Positions 14,261-27,412 of a DNA stretch of 64,000 nt are shown here, one piece after another. The notes under the pieces were generated by a model that saw only the letters and a list, made by a program, of their open reading frames with translations, was not told the DNA's origin and did no database searches. The number at the start of each line of letters is the position of its first letter. The first letter of the stretch is position 1. A program made the position numbers and the translations under genes. The stretch comes from Eledone cirrhosa (Eukaryota): the NCBI GenBank assembly GCA_964016885.1, contig OZ024745.1:25916001-25980000 (forward strand), in the 5' to 3' direction.

Positions 14261-15107
14261 GTCAGAAAAACAAAACTATTTTCTCTGTGATACCAAGAAC
14301 CATATTGAAGCCATTGGTGAGCTTGTGGGTTGTCTTAGTCTGTCGCGCTTTCTAGATTCAGTGCTATATATATACGCACGGATACACGAACACAACTGAA
14401 AAGTTACTGTACATGTTTTATCTATAAAAGTTTACTAATTCTCATACATACATACAAACATACATGCATTAATACATATATAAATACATACACACATACA
14501 TATATGCATGCATACATACATAAATGCATACATACACACATGTAGACATACAGACAAGGTGACTTAGACATAGGAACCAGAATCGTGAAAAATACAGGCA
14601 TCATATTTCTCCATAAAACTCTATAAAACTGAGGTTAGCAAATGTATTTATTTATATATACATTTACATACAAACAAAGATTTTATAGGTTTGGCCTTGT
14701 AATAGCTTCGTTGGTAACTAAGCAATTATAGTTGTTACCTAATTTTCTTCATAGTGCCAGTTGGTTTTCCTTGTTGCTATTATTTAATTACTGGACACCG
14801 TGATATATATACATTTTTCTGAAAGAGGTTAATGGTATATTGTAGGTAAGGTTTATATGTTGTTAGTTTATGGTTGTTATATAAATCTATAGTAACTGTC
14901 ACAGAGATCAAGTGAAAGACTTGTTTATAAATGTAAAAATATTTCTTCAAATTTTTTCGTCTTAGAAAGAAAAAAAAAGTGAAAAACCCTTTTGACGTCT
15001 ATGTCTAGTTAGCTGTTATAATAACACTGTAATAAGCAGAACATGAAATGTGCATTCACTATTTTACAAACATACATACTTGCGCACTTAAATGTTTCTA
15101 TTTTTAT

Positions 15108-15151
15108 CATGCATATATATATATATATACACACGCACACACACACACACA

Positions 15152-15193
<42 letters not shown>

Positions 15194-15318
15194 TATGTAT
15201 ATATATATTCATATATATATTCACACACATATTTATATATACACATATATATGCATACACACACACATATATATATATATATACACATATATTATATATA
15301 CACACACATATATGTATG

Positions 15319-15352
<34 letters not shown>

Positions 15353-15353
15353 T

Positions 15354-15402
<49 letters not shown>

Positions 15403-15405
15403 CAT

Positions 15406-15468
<63 letters not shown>

Positions 15469-15550
15469 CACACACATATATACACATATATATATACACA
15501 CACATATATATATATATACACATGCATATGTTTATACACATATATATATT
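15108..15550. repeat. Compound (TA)n/(CA)n microsatellite
   Basis: Directly visible. Confidence 0.95.
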
Positions 15551-16729
15551 TGTTTATGTTTGCGATGTTGACTATACGACTCTAAGTTGAGTTTTATCAA
15601 CTTGTTACTATACTTTGCTTAAAAGCCTGATAGCTTTCTCGGTAGTTTGTAAAGTAAATAAGAAACATTAACTACCAAAGTCAAGTTCCTGGCATTTCCA
15701 GTGACAATTGCTTATTTTCAAGTATTTTTCTTTTTCCTTGTTATTAGCTGATGAGATATCAGCGATGTTGATTCAGCCGTTATAGTTGTTTTATGTCACA
15801 TGGATCATTTGTGAGCATGGGTTTTTTTTTGGAGAGGTTTATGTGTGAGAGTTTCTGAATTGTTGAATAACTTTAACTGGTGCTCACTTCCAGTAAGTTG
15901 TTTGTTTAAAAAAATGGGTTGTCTAGCAATATTATTAAGACTACTTATTTTATGCTTTTTTTAAAGTAAAATTTAATTTTTATTTTGTAAGTTTTTCCTT
16001 TTCGATCAAGCTTACATCAGTAAGTGTTGATAAGTCGAGTGTCTGTGGCTCTTCCGTTAGGCACCCAACATTATACATCTGCTTTAACTGGTATAAAAAT
16101 CTTGAAATTATTGTGTTCTACTGACTTCTCATAAAGAAACATTACTTTTGCAGAAGTGCTGATGACAGAAATGATCTTATTTTTTTTTTCTGGCTAAATC
16201 CGAGAAGGAAGGTGGCATCCATGACCTTTTATTTATTTATGTTTTTTGCAGGGCTTCCAACACTGGTGGGATGAAGGGATAGAAGAAAGATATACCCCGT
16301 TATTTGAGTTGAATTTCACAGTCTTTTGCAAGGCCAGCAAAAGCTAATCAATGGTGCATATGCAATGTGTGACATGTGAAACGAGACAGTTAAGAAGATA
16401 CATTTGATTCAACTACAAGAGTTAAATAAAGATCGTTTAGTGGTAAAGCACTTTTGTAATCTTTATGAGATCTCCTGTCAACCGAACGTAGGTCACCCAA
16501 TCGCTTTTATTCGCCGACCCAGATTCAAGAACTCTACAAGAAAGATTCTGAATTCTCAGCATTGAATACTACATTGAGAAATTGTAGAAGTTACGAAATC
16601 AGGACTGTGAAATTCCCTGAACAAGGCAGGTTGTTGCTTCCAACCTATGTGGAGGTGGTTCTCCCATTTATAAACTAAATATTGTTATTATTTATTTTGT
16701 TTTGTAATATAAAATTTTTACTGTATTGA

Positions 16730-16915
16730 AATAATTGTTTCTACTTTTGGCACAAGGCCAGCAATTACCGAGTGCATTACTGGTACTTTATTTTATCGAC
16801 CCCGTAAGGATGAAAGGCAAAGGTAACCTCGGCGGGATTTGAACTCAGATCATAAAGGGCCGTAGCTCTATGCTGCAAAGCATGACATCCGACCCTCCAC
16901 CGATACTGCCAATCC
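16730..16915 (-). mobile_element. SINE family B
   Basis: GGCACAAGGCCAGCAATT...TTTATCGACCCCGTAAGGATGAAAGGCAAAGG...GGGATTTGAACTC. Confidence 0.85.
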
Positions 16916-17901
16916 ATGAGTCGTAGTTTCTTTATCTCTGACCGGTCCGTTGATCATACAGAGGTCATGACGTCATGGGTGTAGCATTGTCTCCAATAGA
17001 TAAGCCATAAAGAACTAAAACAAACAAATAACTGAATAAAAACAGAAAAAAGTTATATTGGAAGGAAATACTAACTGACATTTATTTTTTAACGAAAATG
17101 CATTTTGAACAATAAATAGCATTATCAGTGAAATAGATGAAACATAGTTTATTGAACATCTGAGGAATTTAAGATTTCATTGTCAGAAATTAGTCCTACC
17201 ACAGTTTTCAGCAGGGTGTTCCAGATTGTAATAACTCAATGCAGGAGAATATTTGTACAGTTATGAAGGTACTGGGTGAAGTCGTGAAGTATCGTCTTTC
17301 ATACAACCCTGGTCCATTTGGAAAATGTCACAAAGATCTATATATTTAAGTCTTTATGACAAGTAAAAAAAAAAAATGAAGAAATGAAATTTCTATTTTA
17401 TACTTTTCTCAGCAAAGTCTTGTTCTTTGCGTGTTAATTACGATCTTAAGAAAACAGAATACTCTGTACTTTGCATGCAGATTAAACCAGTACTTATAGA
17501 AGAAAATAGCTGATTTTTCTAGTCTTAATCTCTCTCTCTCAGAGTCTATCTCCCTATTCATCTGTCAGTCAGTCTGTCAGTCTGTCAACCTTACTATTAA
17601 GCATAAGTCATAACAATAAGTAACACTCCCTGCAGAATTCAAAGAATCGTGCAATACTGCATTTCAGTAGTAAGAGTGTTATAATTCAGTTAGAACCTGT
17701 AGACAGGAGAAGCTGCCACTTGTCTTGCGGAAAAGTGTTGGAGTCTATCATGAGAAATATGATTATTAACCTTACAACAACTTGATTGCGAAGTAGCATG
17801 TACGACACTTTATTACGTACATTTTAAAATTGTAAAACAAACTAAATAATATATACACACAGACGTGGCCGTGTAGTTAGGAAGTTCATTTCACATTCAC
17901 A

Positions 17902-18114
17902 TACGAGTGTGGGCTGAATAGTTTATAGATTGAAACATTTATAAGCTGACCAAGATACTCTCATGGAATGACCAAATGAGGTATATTTTTTATCATAATT
18001 GTTAAAACAGTGCAGTTATTAACAAGAAGAGTTGAAATTAATGCATGTAAGATTTCACAGCTTTAGCATTACTCGTTCACAGTCAACCTATACACTTTTC
18101 AGCCGACCCCTGTA
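17902..18114. mobile_element. mariner-type MITE, copy 1
   Basis: Ends TACGAGTGTGGGCTGAATAGT / ACTTTTCAGCCGACCCCTGTA; internally homologous (inverted) to 39932-40139. Confidence 0.7.
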
Positions 18115-18873
18115 CTTATGGATTCGATTCTACTCCGGAATCTCTTTCTATAGATTTGGATAATATCACGAATTAAAATTAATTTAGGTATATTTAGGTG
18201 GCAGTAAACATTCGGTATTTTAAAAATAACTTCATACCTACCGTCAAAATCCACAAGTCATAGTGGTTTCGAATTTAGCTCTCTCGAGACTCGGATGGAC
18301 GTGAAATAACAACGAGCAATGTCCTTCCTCCTTTGTTTAAACCTTAATGAAAAAAAATATATAATCACAACTCCAAATAAACATCCAGCCTAGTAATACA
18401 TATATGTATACGTGCGTAGACACAGAATTATTCTGAAATAAAATACAAACACAAGCAGAAACCAAAGAACCTTAGGAGAAATACAAGTAGATATAGATTA
18501 TACAGGACAAGCATTAACAGATCGAGTCTCTAAATGTGGTCAGACAACGGCAGAAGGAATATTAATGCATAATGTCAAAAGGTTGGAAGATAATAATCTA
18601 TAAGTTGTCTGTGCGGTAGGTAATACGTTGGTCGATCTGTCTTCTGTGAGGTTCTCTCTCTATGAGCAAGTCAAAATGTGTGCCGCATCTTTCACATAAG
18701 TAGCTAGCCTGCTGTTACGGGATAACTGAGCTGGTTACCGTTACACCACTCTATCCACCTCCTTTCCAACATTTTTCCTTTCTCGCTTCTACCATTAACT
18801 AGTTTGACACCGATTTATTAATTTCTATCAAAACTGCCAGTCATTTCGTTACTATATCCTTCCATTCTCTCTT

Positions 18874-20114
18874 ACACACACACTGAGACACACAGACACA
18901 CACATACAAACAGACACTCACATACAAACATACACACAGACACACACATACAAACATACACACATACACACACATACAAACATACACACATACACACATA
19001 CAAACATACACACAGACCCACACATACAAACATACACACAGATACAAACATACACACAGACCCACACATACAAGCATACACACAGAAACACATACAAACA
19101 TACACACATACCCACACATACAAGCATACACACAGACACACACATACAAACATACACACAGACACACACATACAAACATACACACAGACCCACACATACA
19201 AACATACACACAGACCCACACATACAAACATACACACAGACACACATACAGACATACACACAGACCCACACATACAAACATACACACAGACCCACACATA
19301 CAAACATACACACAGACACACATACAGACATACACACATACCCACACATACAAACATACACACAGACCCACACATACAAACATACACACAGACACACACA
19401 TACAAACATACACACAGACACACATACAAACATACACACAGACCCACACATACAAACATACACACAGACACACACATACAAACATACACACAGAAACACA
19501 TACAAACATACACACATACCCACACATACAAGCATACACACAGACACACACATACAAACATACACACAGGCACACACATACAAACATACACACAGAAACA
19601 CATACAAACATACACACAGACCTACACATACACACATACACACAGACCCACACATACAAACATACACACATACCCACACATACAAACATACACACAGACC
19701 CACACATACAAACATACACACAGACCCACACATACAAACATACACACAGACACACATACAGACATACACACATACCCACACATACAAACATACACACAGA
19801 CCCACACATACAAACATACACACAGACCCACACATACAAACATACACACATACCCACACATACAAACATACACACAGACCCACACATACAAACATACACA
19901 CAGACCCACACATACAAACATACACACAGACCCACACATACAAGCATAAACACAGACACACACATACAAACATACACACAGACCCACACATACAAACATA
20001 CACACATACCCACACATACAGACATACACACATACCCACACATACAAACAAACACACAGACCCACACATACAAACATACACACATACACACACATACATG
20101 CATACACATACACA
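18874..20114. repeat. CA-derived minisatellite, ~24-26 bp unit (CACACATACAAACATACACACAGAC[C])
   Basis: Directly visible; the ORFs over it are artefacts. Confidence 0.95.
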
Positions 20115-20125
20115 CGTATCTATAT

Positions 20126-20177
<52 letters not shown>

Positions 20178-20400
20178 TCACACTCACATATATCACTTTC
20201 ACTAAATGGTGAAACTCTAGAGAAAATAAAGAAAAAACATACTAAAACAAAACAATTAGATGCAAAAACATCACAATATGACGATGTCCCCAATCTAGAT
20301 GTATGTATGTATGTATGTATGTATGTATGTATGTATGTATGTATGTATGTATGTATGTATGTATGTATGTGTGTATGTATGTATGTATGTATGTATGTGT

Positions 20401-21010
20401 GTCAGGTCACCAGTTGGTGCTACTGGTAACATGTATCCCAGTACAACCTGTCTCATGGTCGGGTCGTTGACGACTAAACTGGCAACCCCACCAAGGTTTC
20501 TTGGTGAGGAGGGTGACTTTGGACATCCTACAGGACTAAAAACAAAACCTGTCAAAAGGGCAAAGGAGCTCTTAAGAGTCAATGGCCATCTAAAATCACC
20601 GGGAGAGATGACCCCTTAGCCTTTGTCAAGGCAGAATTCTAGGAGAAGGAAAACTCTGATATAACACCTGCAACCCTGATGGTATCCAATGATGTTGACT
20701 TGTTCTTCTTTTTGGTAAATATCATTTTGGTTAAGAGAGTGGGACTGGCTTTGTGCATTGCTTTTGCTCACTATAAAAGCTTCACGGCACAGGCATTGCT
20801 TTATATCTGGAGATCTCTCTGCACTTGTCATCACGTGGTACCATGGGCCCAACACTATGTGTCAATAATTGTCACAAGTGTAGTGATTGTGCCAGTTTTC
20901 AAGTCGCTGGCTGGACTAAAAAGTCACACTCGTTCAGCGCATCGGTAGGGGTTCTCCTACATGGATATAAAGTAGTGGCCGTACTCGAAAACGAGTTGGC
21001 AGCCACCATG
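20401..21010 (+). mobile_element. Non-autonomous retroelement, probably RTE 5'UTR plus 3' tail, inside (TATG)n
   Basis: 20401-20903 is near-identical to the inverted copy at 54095-54601; contains GGAGAAGGAAAACTCTGA (RTE 5'UTR-like); the 3' 43 nt recur alone at 43560-43602. Confidence 0.6.
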
Positions 21011-21050
21011 TATGTATGTATGTATGTATGTATGTAAGTATGTATGTATG

Positions 21051-21927
21051 TTCTTCTGGTTTTATAATTTCGCAAAGTTTTACCAATAGAGAGAGAGTCG
21101 GTTTCTAACATAGACACAAGACTCTCTCATTGGAATTTACACAACATCAACTAGGTAGATATGTATGTATGCATGCATGTGTAGATATGGATGTTATTGT
21201 ATGTGTGGATGTGTATGTTTTGAGTTGTATGTATGCATATGTATATGCTTTGTATCTGTACATGTATATATGCAGTTATTAGATGCAAAATGTTTGGAAT
21301 GTTTTACATAATTTTACTGTTCCATTAATGGATTGTACTTGTAATTTCCTAACTAGTTGTGTTCTTTCTGTTCCTGTAAAGCCTAGCTTCTCAAGATTTG
21401 TATTGAGGCAGTTACTAACATATCCCAGTGCCCCAATACTCACAGGCATAAATCTGAAGGTGTAATCAGGGTGGAGTATCTGCAGATTTCTCATCAGTTC
21501 TGCATAAATATTCTCCTTTTCACTAATCTTTGATATTATATTGGCATCTACTGGGCAGCTAATTTCCACTACTGTGTATGTTTTCTTCTCCCTGTCCCAT
21601 ATCATAATATCTGGTCTGTTATGCCTGCATTTTATTGGGGTTTTTACTGGAACATTCCACCAGTACTCTTTCATATTATGTACATGGATGTCTTTCACAT
21701 TGTTGTTGCTTTTAATGTGTTTATTATCGGGGGCTATCTTTTTTACGAACTGCATTGTACAGTGTTTTGGCCACTACATCATGCATCATAGGTAGATAGT
21801 ACCGCGATGACATTTTTGGACAGCTGCTGATGACATGGGTGATATCCTCGATGTTAGTTCTGCAGAGTCAGCACTTGTTATCACATCTAGGTGTTTTGCC
21901 TGCATCCCTATCTCTTTTGTGAATCAG
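21051..21927 (-). mobile_element. 5'-truncated R2-group (R4/Dong-like) LINE: CCHC knuckle, RLE and 3'UTR
   Basis: ORF 21279-21755 HNRPDIMIWD..VVEISCP..K..Y..PVSIGALG (PD-(D/E)XK); upstream C..C..EDITHVISSC..RHDVV; ends in (CATA)n. Confidence 0.88.
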
Positions 21928-22618
21928 GTATGTGTGTATGTGTGTATGTGTGTACGTATATGTGTATAAGTATGTACATGTGTGTAAGTATGTATATGTA
22001 TGTGTATGTATGTGTATGTATGTGTATGTATGTATGTGTATGTATGTATGTTTGTATGTATGTATGTGTATGTGTGTAAGTATGTATGTGTATGTATGTG
22101 TATGTATGTATGTATGTATATGTATGTTTCTATGTATGTATGTCTATGCGAGTATCTTTGTATAAAAATGTGTGTATGTCTGATTATGACAGTCAATCTA
22201 GAGAGGTAGACATAGAATATACTGAAGTTTTAGAGCCCTTTATGTGACAAAATAATCTCGAGTCGAAAGCCATTGTTTTCCACAATAATTTACTCATCAT
22301 TACAGATCAATAAACTTATAAGTATATAATCACTGGGTATTCAACATCATAGAGACAAATATCGATATCTTACATGGACAGGAACCAACAGAATGACACT
22401 ATTAGATAATCGATATTAAATTTATCGGCTGAGACTGAGAGATTCAAACCTAGAAGACTGAGGGACGTAACTAAATATTAGAATGCTATGCTTTTGTTTT
22501 TTTTGCCAGGGAGATTAGACTCACCATCTACTATTCACAATTTAAACAAATTGATTAGCTTTCATAATAAACATTTATTCAGCTCTCAATATACATCTTT
22601 TTATCAATGAAGTACACC

Positions 22619-22660
<42 letters not shown>

Positions 22661-22717
22661 ATCGTATACCGTCTCTTTTACAAGTATGTCATATAACATT
22701 TTATTCATCTAATATTG

Positions 22718-22777
22718 TATTTTGTCTGATGAAAGCATACTATAATTTGGTATCCCTGAAATATATATAATGAAATA
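22718..22777 (+). ncRNA. Minimal type I hammerhead ribozyme (PLE type) in a ~165 bp insert within (TA)n
   Basis: TATTTTGT-CTGATGA(22726)-stem II-GAAA(22758)-TATATA-TA-ATGAAATA. Confidence 0.75.
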
Positions 22778-22818
22778 AATGAGGATGATATAGTGTTATA
22801 TATTCCGTTTATTACTAT

Positions 22819-22906
<88 letters not shown>

Positions 22907-24054
22907 GGGACTAGAACTGTTTAATTCGTATGAGATCATAAGTTATTTCTCTATATGTTAAAGATGCCTATACTCTACCAATGTAGAGAATCTACATATT
23001 ACACACACACACACATACACACACAGACACTCATACACACACACACACACACATACACGCATACACACATATATATATACATATACATATAGCAAAGTTG
23101 CTTACGAAAAAAAGAATACATGGGAGAAATGACTAAATGAAGAAAGCCATCTGTTCTCAACAACTCCACCCATTCGTCTAGGATAGTAAAGCAAGAAGGT
23201 AAGTAAATAACCATAACACGTGTTAGGACTGGAAACAGGAAAGGAAGCGATGCAGCCAAGTTGTGCAAACGGTAATGCCAGAAGAAAGGAAATATAAATA
23301 GACTTTCGTTAAAAAAAGAAGGGAGATAGAGAGAGAACCGCCACGCTCAAAGAAGGAACACAAAGAGATGCAGTTGTAATAAATAGCAGCGTTGCACACG
23401 GAGAAAAAATGAAATGCACGAAAAAATGCATCTAATTTCCTGATGAACCACATCCTGGGTAATTTAATGTCGTCCCTAAAGGTGGTATTTCATAATATTG
23501 CGCTCAAGATGTATGACGGTTTGAACAAACCGCCAGAAAGAAGCTCATGAGGCAACCAACATAAGTTAAAATAAAAAATAAAAACAAAAAGTCATCATCT
23601 AATTTAATTCTTAGTTTTGAATTTTTAAAAATTTAACAGTTTTGTACAATAATATCCAAATATCCAGAAAATGGTATCTACCCCCCCCCCCCCAAAAAAA
23701 AATACAGAAAACACTATTAAAGGGAAGAGAAAAGGAGAAGAAAAAAACTGAAAATGAGAAGAAAAAAAAAAAGAAGGATCAAGCGACGAAAGAAAGGGAG
23801 AGAGATTTAGAGTTAGACAGTGATTACACCCCAGTCTGAGCAGTACATCAGTCACGCCCCGCGGACAAATGGCAAAAAAGATACGACGGAGAATGGCCAG
23901 TGACACTCGCTACAGCAGCCACTTCATCTCATGGGGTTCCATCCTCAAGTAGGCCACCCTCTTCCCGACTTTACGGAGATTTAGACAGGGTACATTCAGG
24001 CTCCTTATACTGATTTCGATTTCCTTTTCCAAGATGACTGACTACAAAACACGT

Positions 24055-24425
24055 GTTCTCTCACCCACTCTCTCTCTGGATCTGTTTCCTCTCTCTCTCA
24101 CTCGCTCTCTTTCTCTGAATTTGTCTCTTCTCTCTTCTCCTCCCCTTTCTCCCCTCCTCTCTCTCACTCTCCTCTCTACCATTTTCCATATTTTGTTTTT
24201 CATCCTCACCTTTCTTCCCATATCCACTCTCTCCCAAACATCCGCTCTTTTCTCTTCTCTCTTCTCTCTCCTCTCTTCTCTCTTCTATCTTCTCTCTCCC
24301 CCCTTCTCTCTCCTCTCTCCTCTCTTCTCTCTCCTCCCTTCTCTCTTCTCTCTTCTACCTTCTATCTTCTTTCTTCTCTCTTCTCTCTCGCCTCTTTTCT
24401 CTTCTCTCGTCTCTCTTCTATCTTC
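24055..24425. repeat. CT-rich low-complexity tract
   Basis: Directly visible. Confidence 0.9.
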
Positions 24426-24618
24426 CAATCAATGAATAACGTCTGAAATGTTAAGAATCTTCTCCATATATATCAAGAGTTAAACCAATATACCAACAAT
24501 GTATTGTATTGTTCTCCTGTGTTGTCTTCCCTTGTCGACCTTCTGATACATACGCGCATGCGCGCACATTCGCATAAAACAAACACTCTCACACACTCTC
24601 ACACACACTACTCCATAA

Positions 24619-24649
<31 letters not shown>

Positions 24650-25214
24650 CATAGAGAGAGAGAGAGAGATAAAGAGAGAGAGAGAGGCAAACAACACCAC
24701 TATCCCCACAGTATTGAAAGATGTTAACTGCAATCTATTACCAAGAGAAGTGTTCTTAAGCGTTTAAATAACCCACGTAGACATAATATTAACGTTAATG
24801 GCAGTTGAGACGTAAATTTGCACCCTTGAAAACATTTTTTAAAAACAAACTAGGAAAAAATCAATAAAAATGCCAAAAACTTCACAAAAACATGCAAAAC
24901 ACCTAACTCCACTTAAATGGCTCGACTAACACGTCTCTATCTTCAAAGTGTTCTCGGTTACACTGACTCCAACCATGACATCTGAACTAAGGTAATTTTA
25001 AATCATTGCAGCTTAAAGAAACCATTCCCACCTGCAACATTATTTGGAGAACATTTGGCAAAGATATCTTTAGTTTATTTTATTTTATTTTACTTCAATT
25101 TTATCTATTTTTTATTCAAAATGTTCATTTATATATTTATTTACCATTATTTCTAACTCGTAGAGAGACTTAAGTTCTTTATCAGCTGCAGTGGCAATAA
25201 CATAGAATTTCTGG

Positions 25215-25760
25215 TTCTCTCACTCTCTCCCCATCCCATTCTCTCTCTCTTACTCAACTGTCTTTCCCCCACCCTCTCTCACTCACTCAACTCTCTCTCC
25301 CCTACCCTCTCTTACTCACCCAACTCTCTCTCCCCCACCCTCTCTCACTCACTCAACTCCTCCTCACCCTCCTCACTCACTCAACTATATATCTCTCTTC
25401 CCTCCCCTTCACTCTCTCCGCCCCACCCTCCTCACTCACTCAACTATCTCTCTCACACAACCCCCCATTCTCTCTTTCCGTCAACTCTCTTTCCCACCCC
25501 TCTCTTTCTCTCTCTCTCTCTCACTCAACTTCATCTCCCTCACGCCTCCTCTCACTCACTGAACTCCCCCTCACCCGCCTCACTCACTCACTCATCTATA
25601 TCTCTCTCTCCATCAACTCTCTCCCCCTCCCCTCCCTTCTTTCCGCCTCACCCTTCTCCCCCACTCAACTATCTGTATCTCTCCCCCTCCCCTTCACTCT
25701 CTCCCTCCCCTTCACTCTCTCCGCCTCACCCTTCTCTCTCACTCAACTATCTCTCTCACT
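25215..25760. repeat. Degenerate CT-rich minisatellite (CTCACTCAACT motif)
   Basis: Recurrent CACTCACTCAACT motif. Confidence 0.8.
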
Positions 25761-26134
25761 GTATGTCTATTGATCTCTGCCCGAGTCTTTTACACCTCTC
25801 TTTCCCTGTGTTTCTATATAACTCTATTTGGCACCACTCTGCTTAAAACATACAGACCTATATGCTGACATATATAACCACTCACATATTCATACAGTTA
25901 GGAAGCATTCCATTGTTTCCACCGGATTTGATATATATTTCTTGACTATCATCGAAAGCTTTTTCAATATCCATATATATATACATGTATATACATATAT
26001 ATATATACATATATATATACATGTATATACATATATATATATACATATATATATACATGTATATACATATATATATATACATATATATATACATGTATAT
26101 ACATATATATATATACATATATATATACATATAT

Positions 26135-26184
<50 letters not shown>

Positions 26185-26197
26185 ATATATATACATG

Positions 26198-26455
<258 letters not shown>

Positions 26456-26494
26456 TATAAATATATACATATATATATACATATATATATATAC

Positions 26495-26526
<32 letters not shown>

Positions 26527-26539
26527 GTATGTATATATA

Positions 26540-27390
26540 TAGAATTAGTATATCTACATATGTATATATATATATGTATATATATAGAATTAGTATATCT
26601 ACCAACATATATATACAGATGCATACCTATGCTAGCAAATATATAGGTTTGTCTTAGTAACTTTGTGGTTCAATGCAAGGGGATGCAGAACAATTATATG
26701 AAAGACGTAAAACAAGAAAATTATTAAAATTAACGTACTAAAATTTCACTCCAACTAATTAGTTCCCTTCTGAAAGGGAATAAACATGGTTTCCGAATGG
26801 AAAGCACGAAGAAACCTTTTGTCATCAGGAAGTTCGTTCTCAGCTAAGTTACCAGGCGATGCGTGGACACAGGGAACTTATACAAAAATAATTCAGTGGA
26901 TGGAAAAAAGCAAGCGTGGACTAAATTCCAAGACATTGAAAAAAATCACTGCCTACTTGGTCGGTGGCAAATTCAAAAGAATCAATCACGTGACATCGAG
27001 GTTAATCAGTGAGGAGTGGGGTGTTAAAAAGACAGTGGCCGAGCCATTACTATGAACTATAGTAGCAGTTTTAGCAAATTTTTGCTCAACAAAATAATTT
27101 GGAGATAATTATAAAGAATTAGTATATCTACCAACATATATATACAGATGCATACCTATGCTAGCAAATATATAGGTTTGTCTTAGTAACTTTGTGTTTC
27201 AATGCAAGGGGATGCAGAACAATTATATGAAAGACGTAAAATGAGAACGAACTTCCTGTTGACGAAAGGTTTCTCCGTGCTTTCCACTCGGAAACCATGT
27301 TTATTCCCTTTCAGAAACTAATTAGTTGGAGTGAAATTTTAGTAAGTAAGCTAATTTTTATAATTTTCTTATTTTACGCCTTTCATATGT
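26540..27390. mobile_element. Probable PLE terminal structure: ~125 bp direct repeat plus ~145 bp inverted repeat, between (TA)n tracts
   Basis: 26586-26711 is repeated at ~27115-27241; 27242-27388 is the reverse complement of ~26696-26841; contains CTGATGA/CTGTTGA...GAAA. Confidence 0.6.
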
Positions 27391-27412
27391 ATATATATAT
27401 ATATATATATAT

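Noticed and set aside
16162-16180. Other CTGANGA hits (16162, 23441, 50692 minus, 56525 minus)
   Set aside because: Lack a correctly placed stem II, GAAA or stem I
16241-16670. Possible host exon after TTTTTTGCAG
   Set aside because: No ORF of 60 aa or more in the track, stops in the frames I read and no recognisable domain
18841-20202. Long ORFs rich in YI/CV/HT dipeptides, here and at 15043, 25828, 28923, 42151, 53077 and 56735
   Set aside because: Translations of stop-free microsatellites
20616-20948. ORFs conserved with 54082-54387
   Set aside because: Similarity reflects a recent repeat copy; no recognisable domain
23820-24010. Possible Tx1 APE remnant or exon on the minus strand
   Set aside because: Only short motifs (SLNV, RGV..LL); too degraded to support
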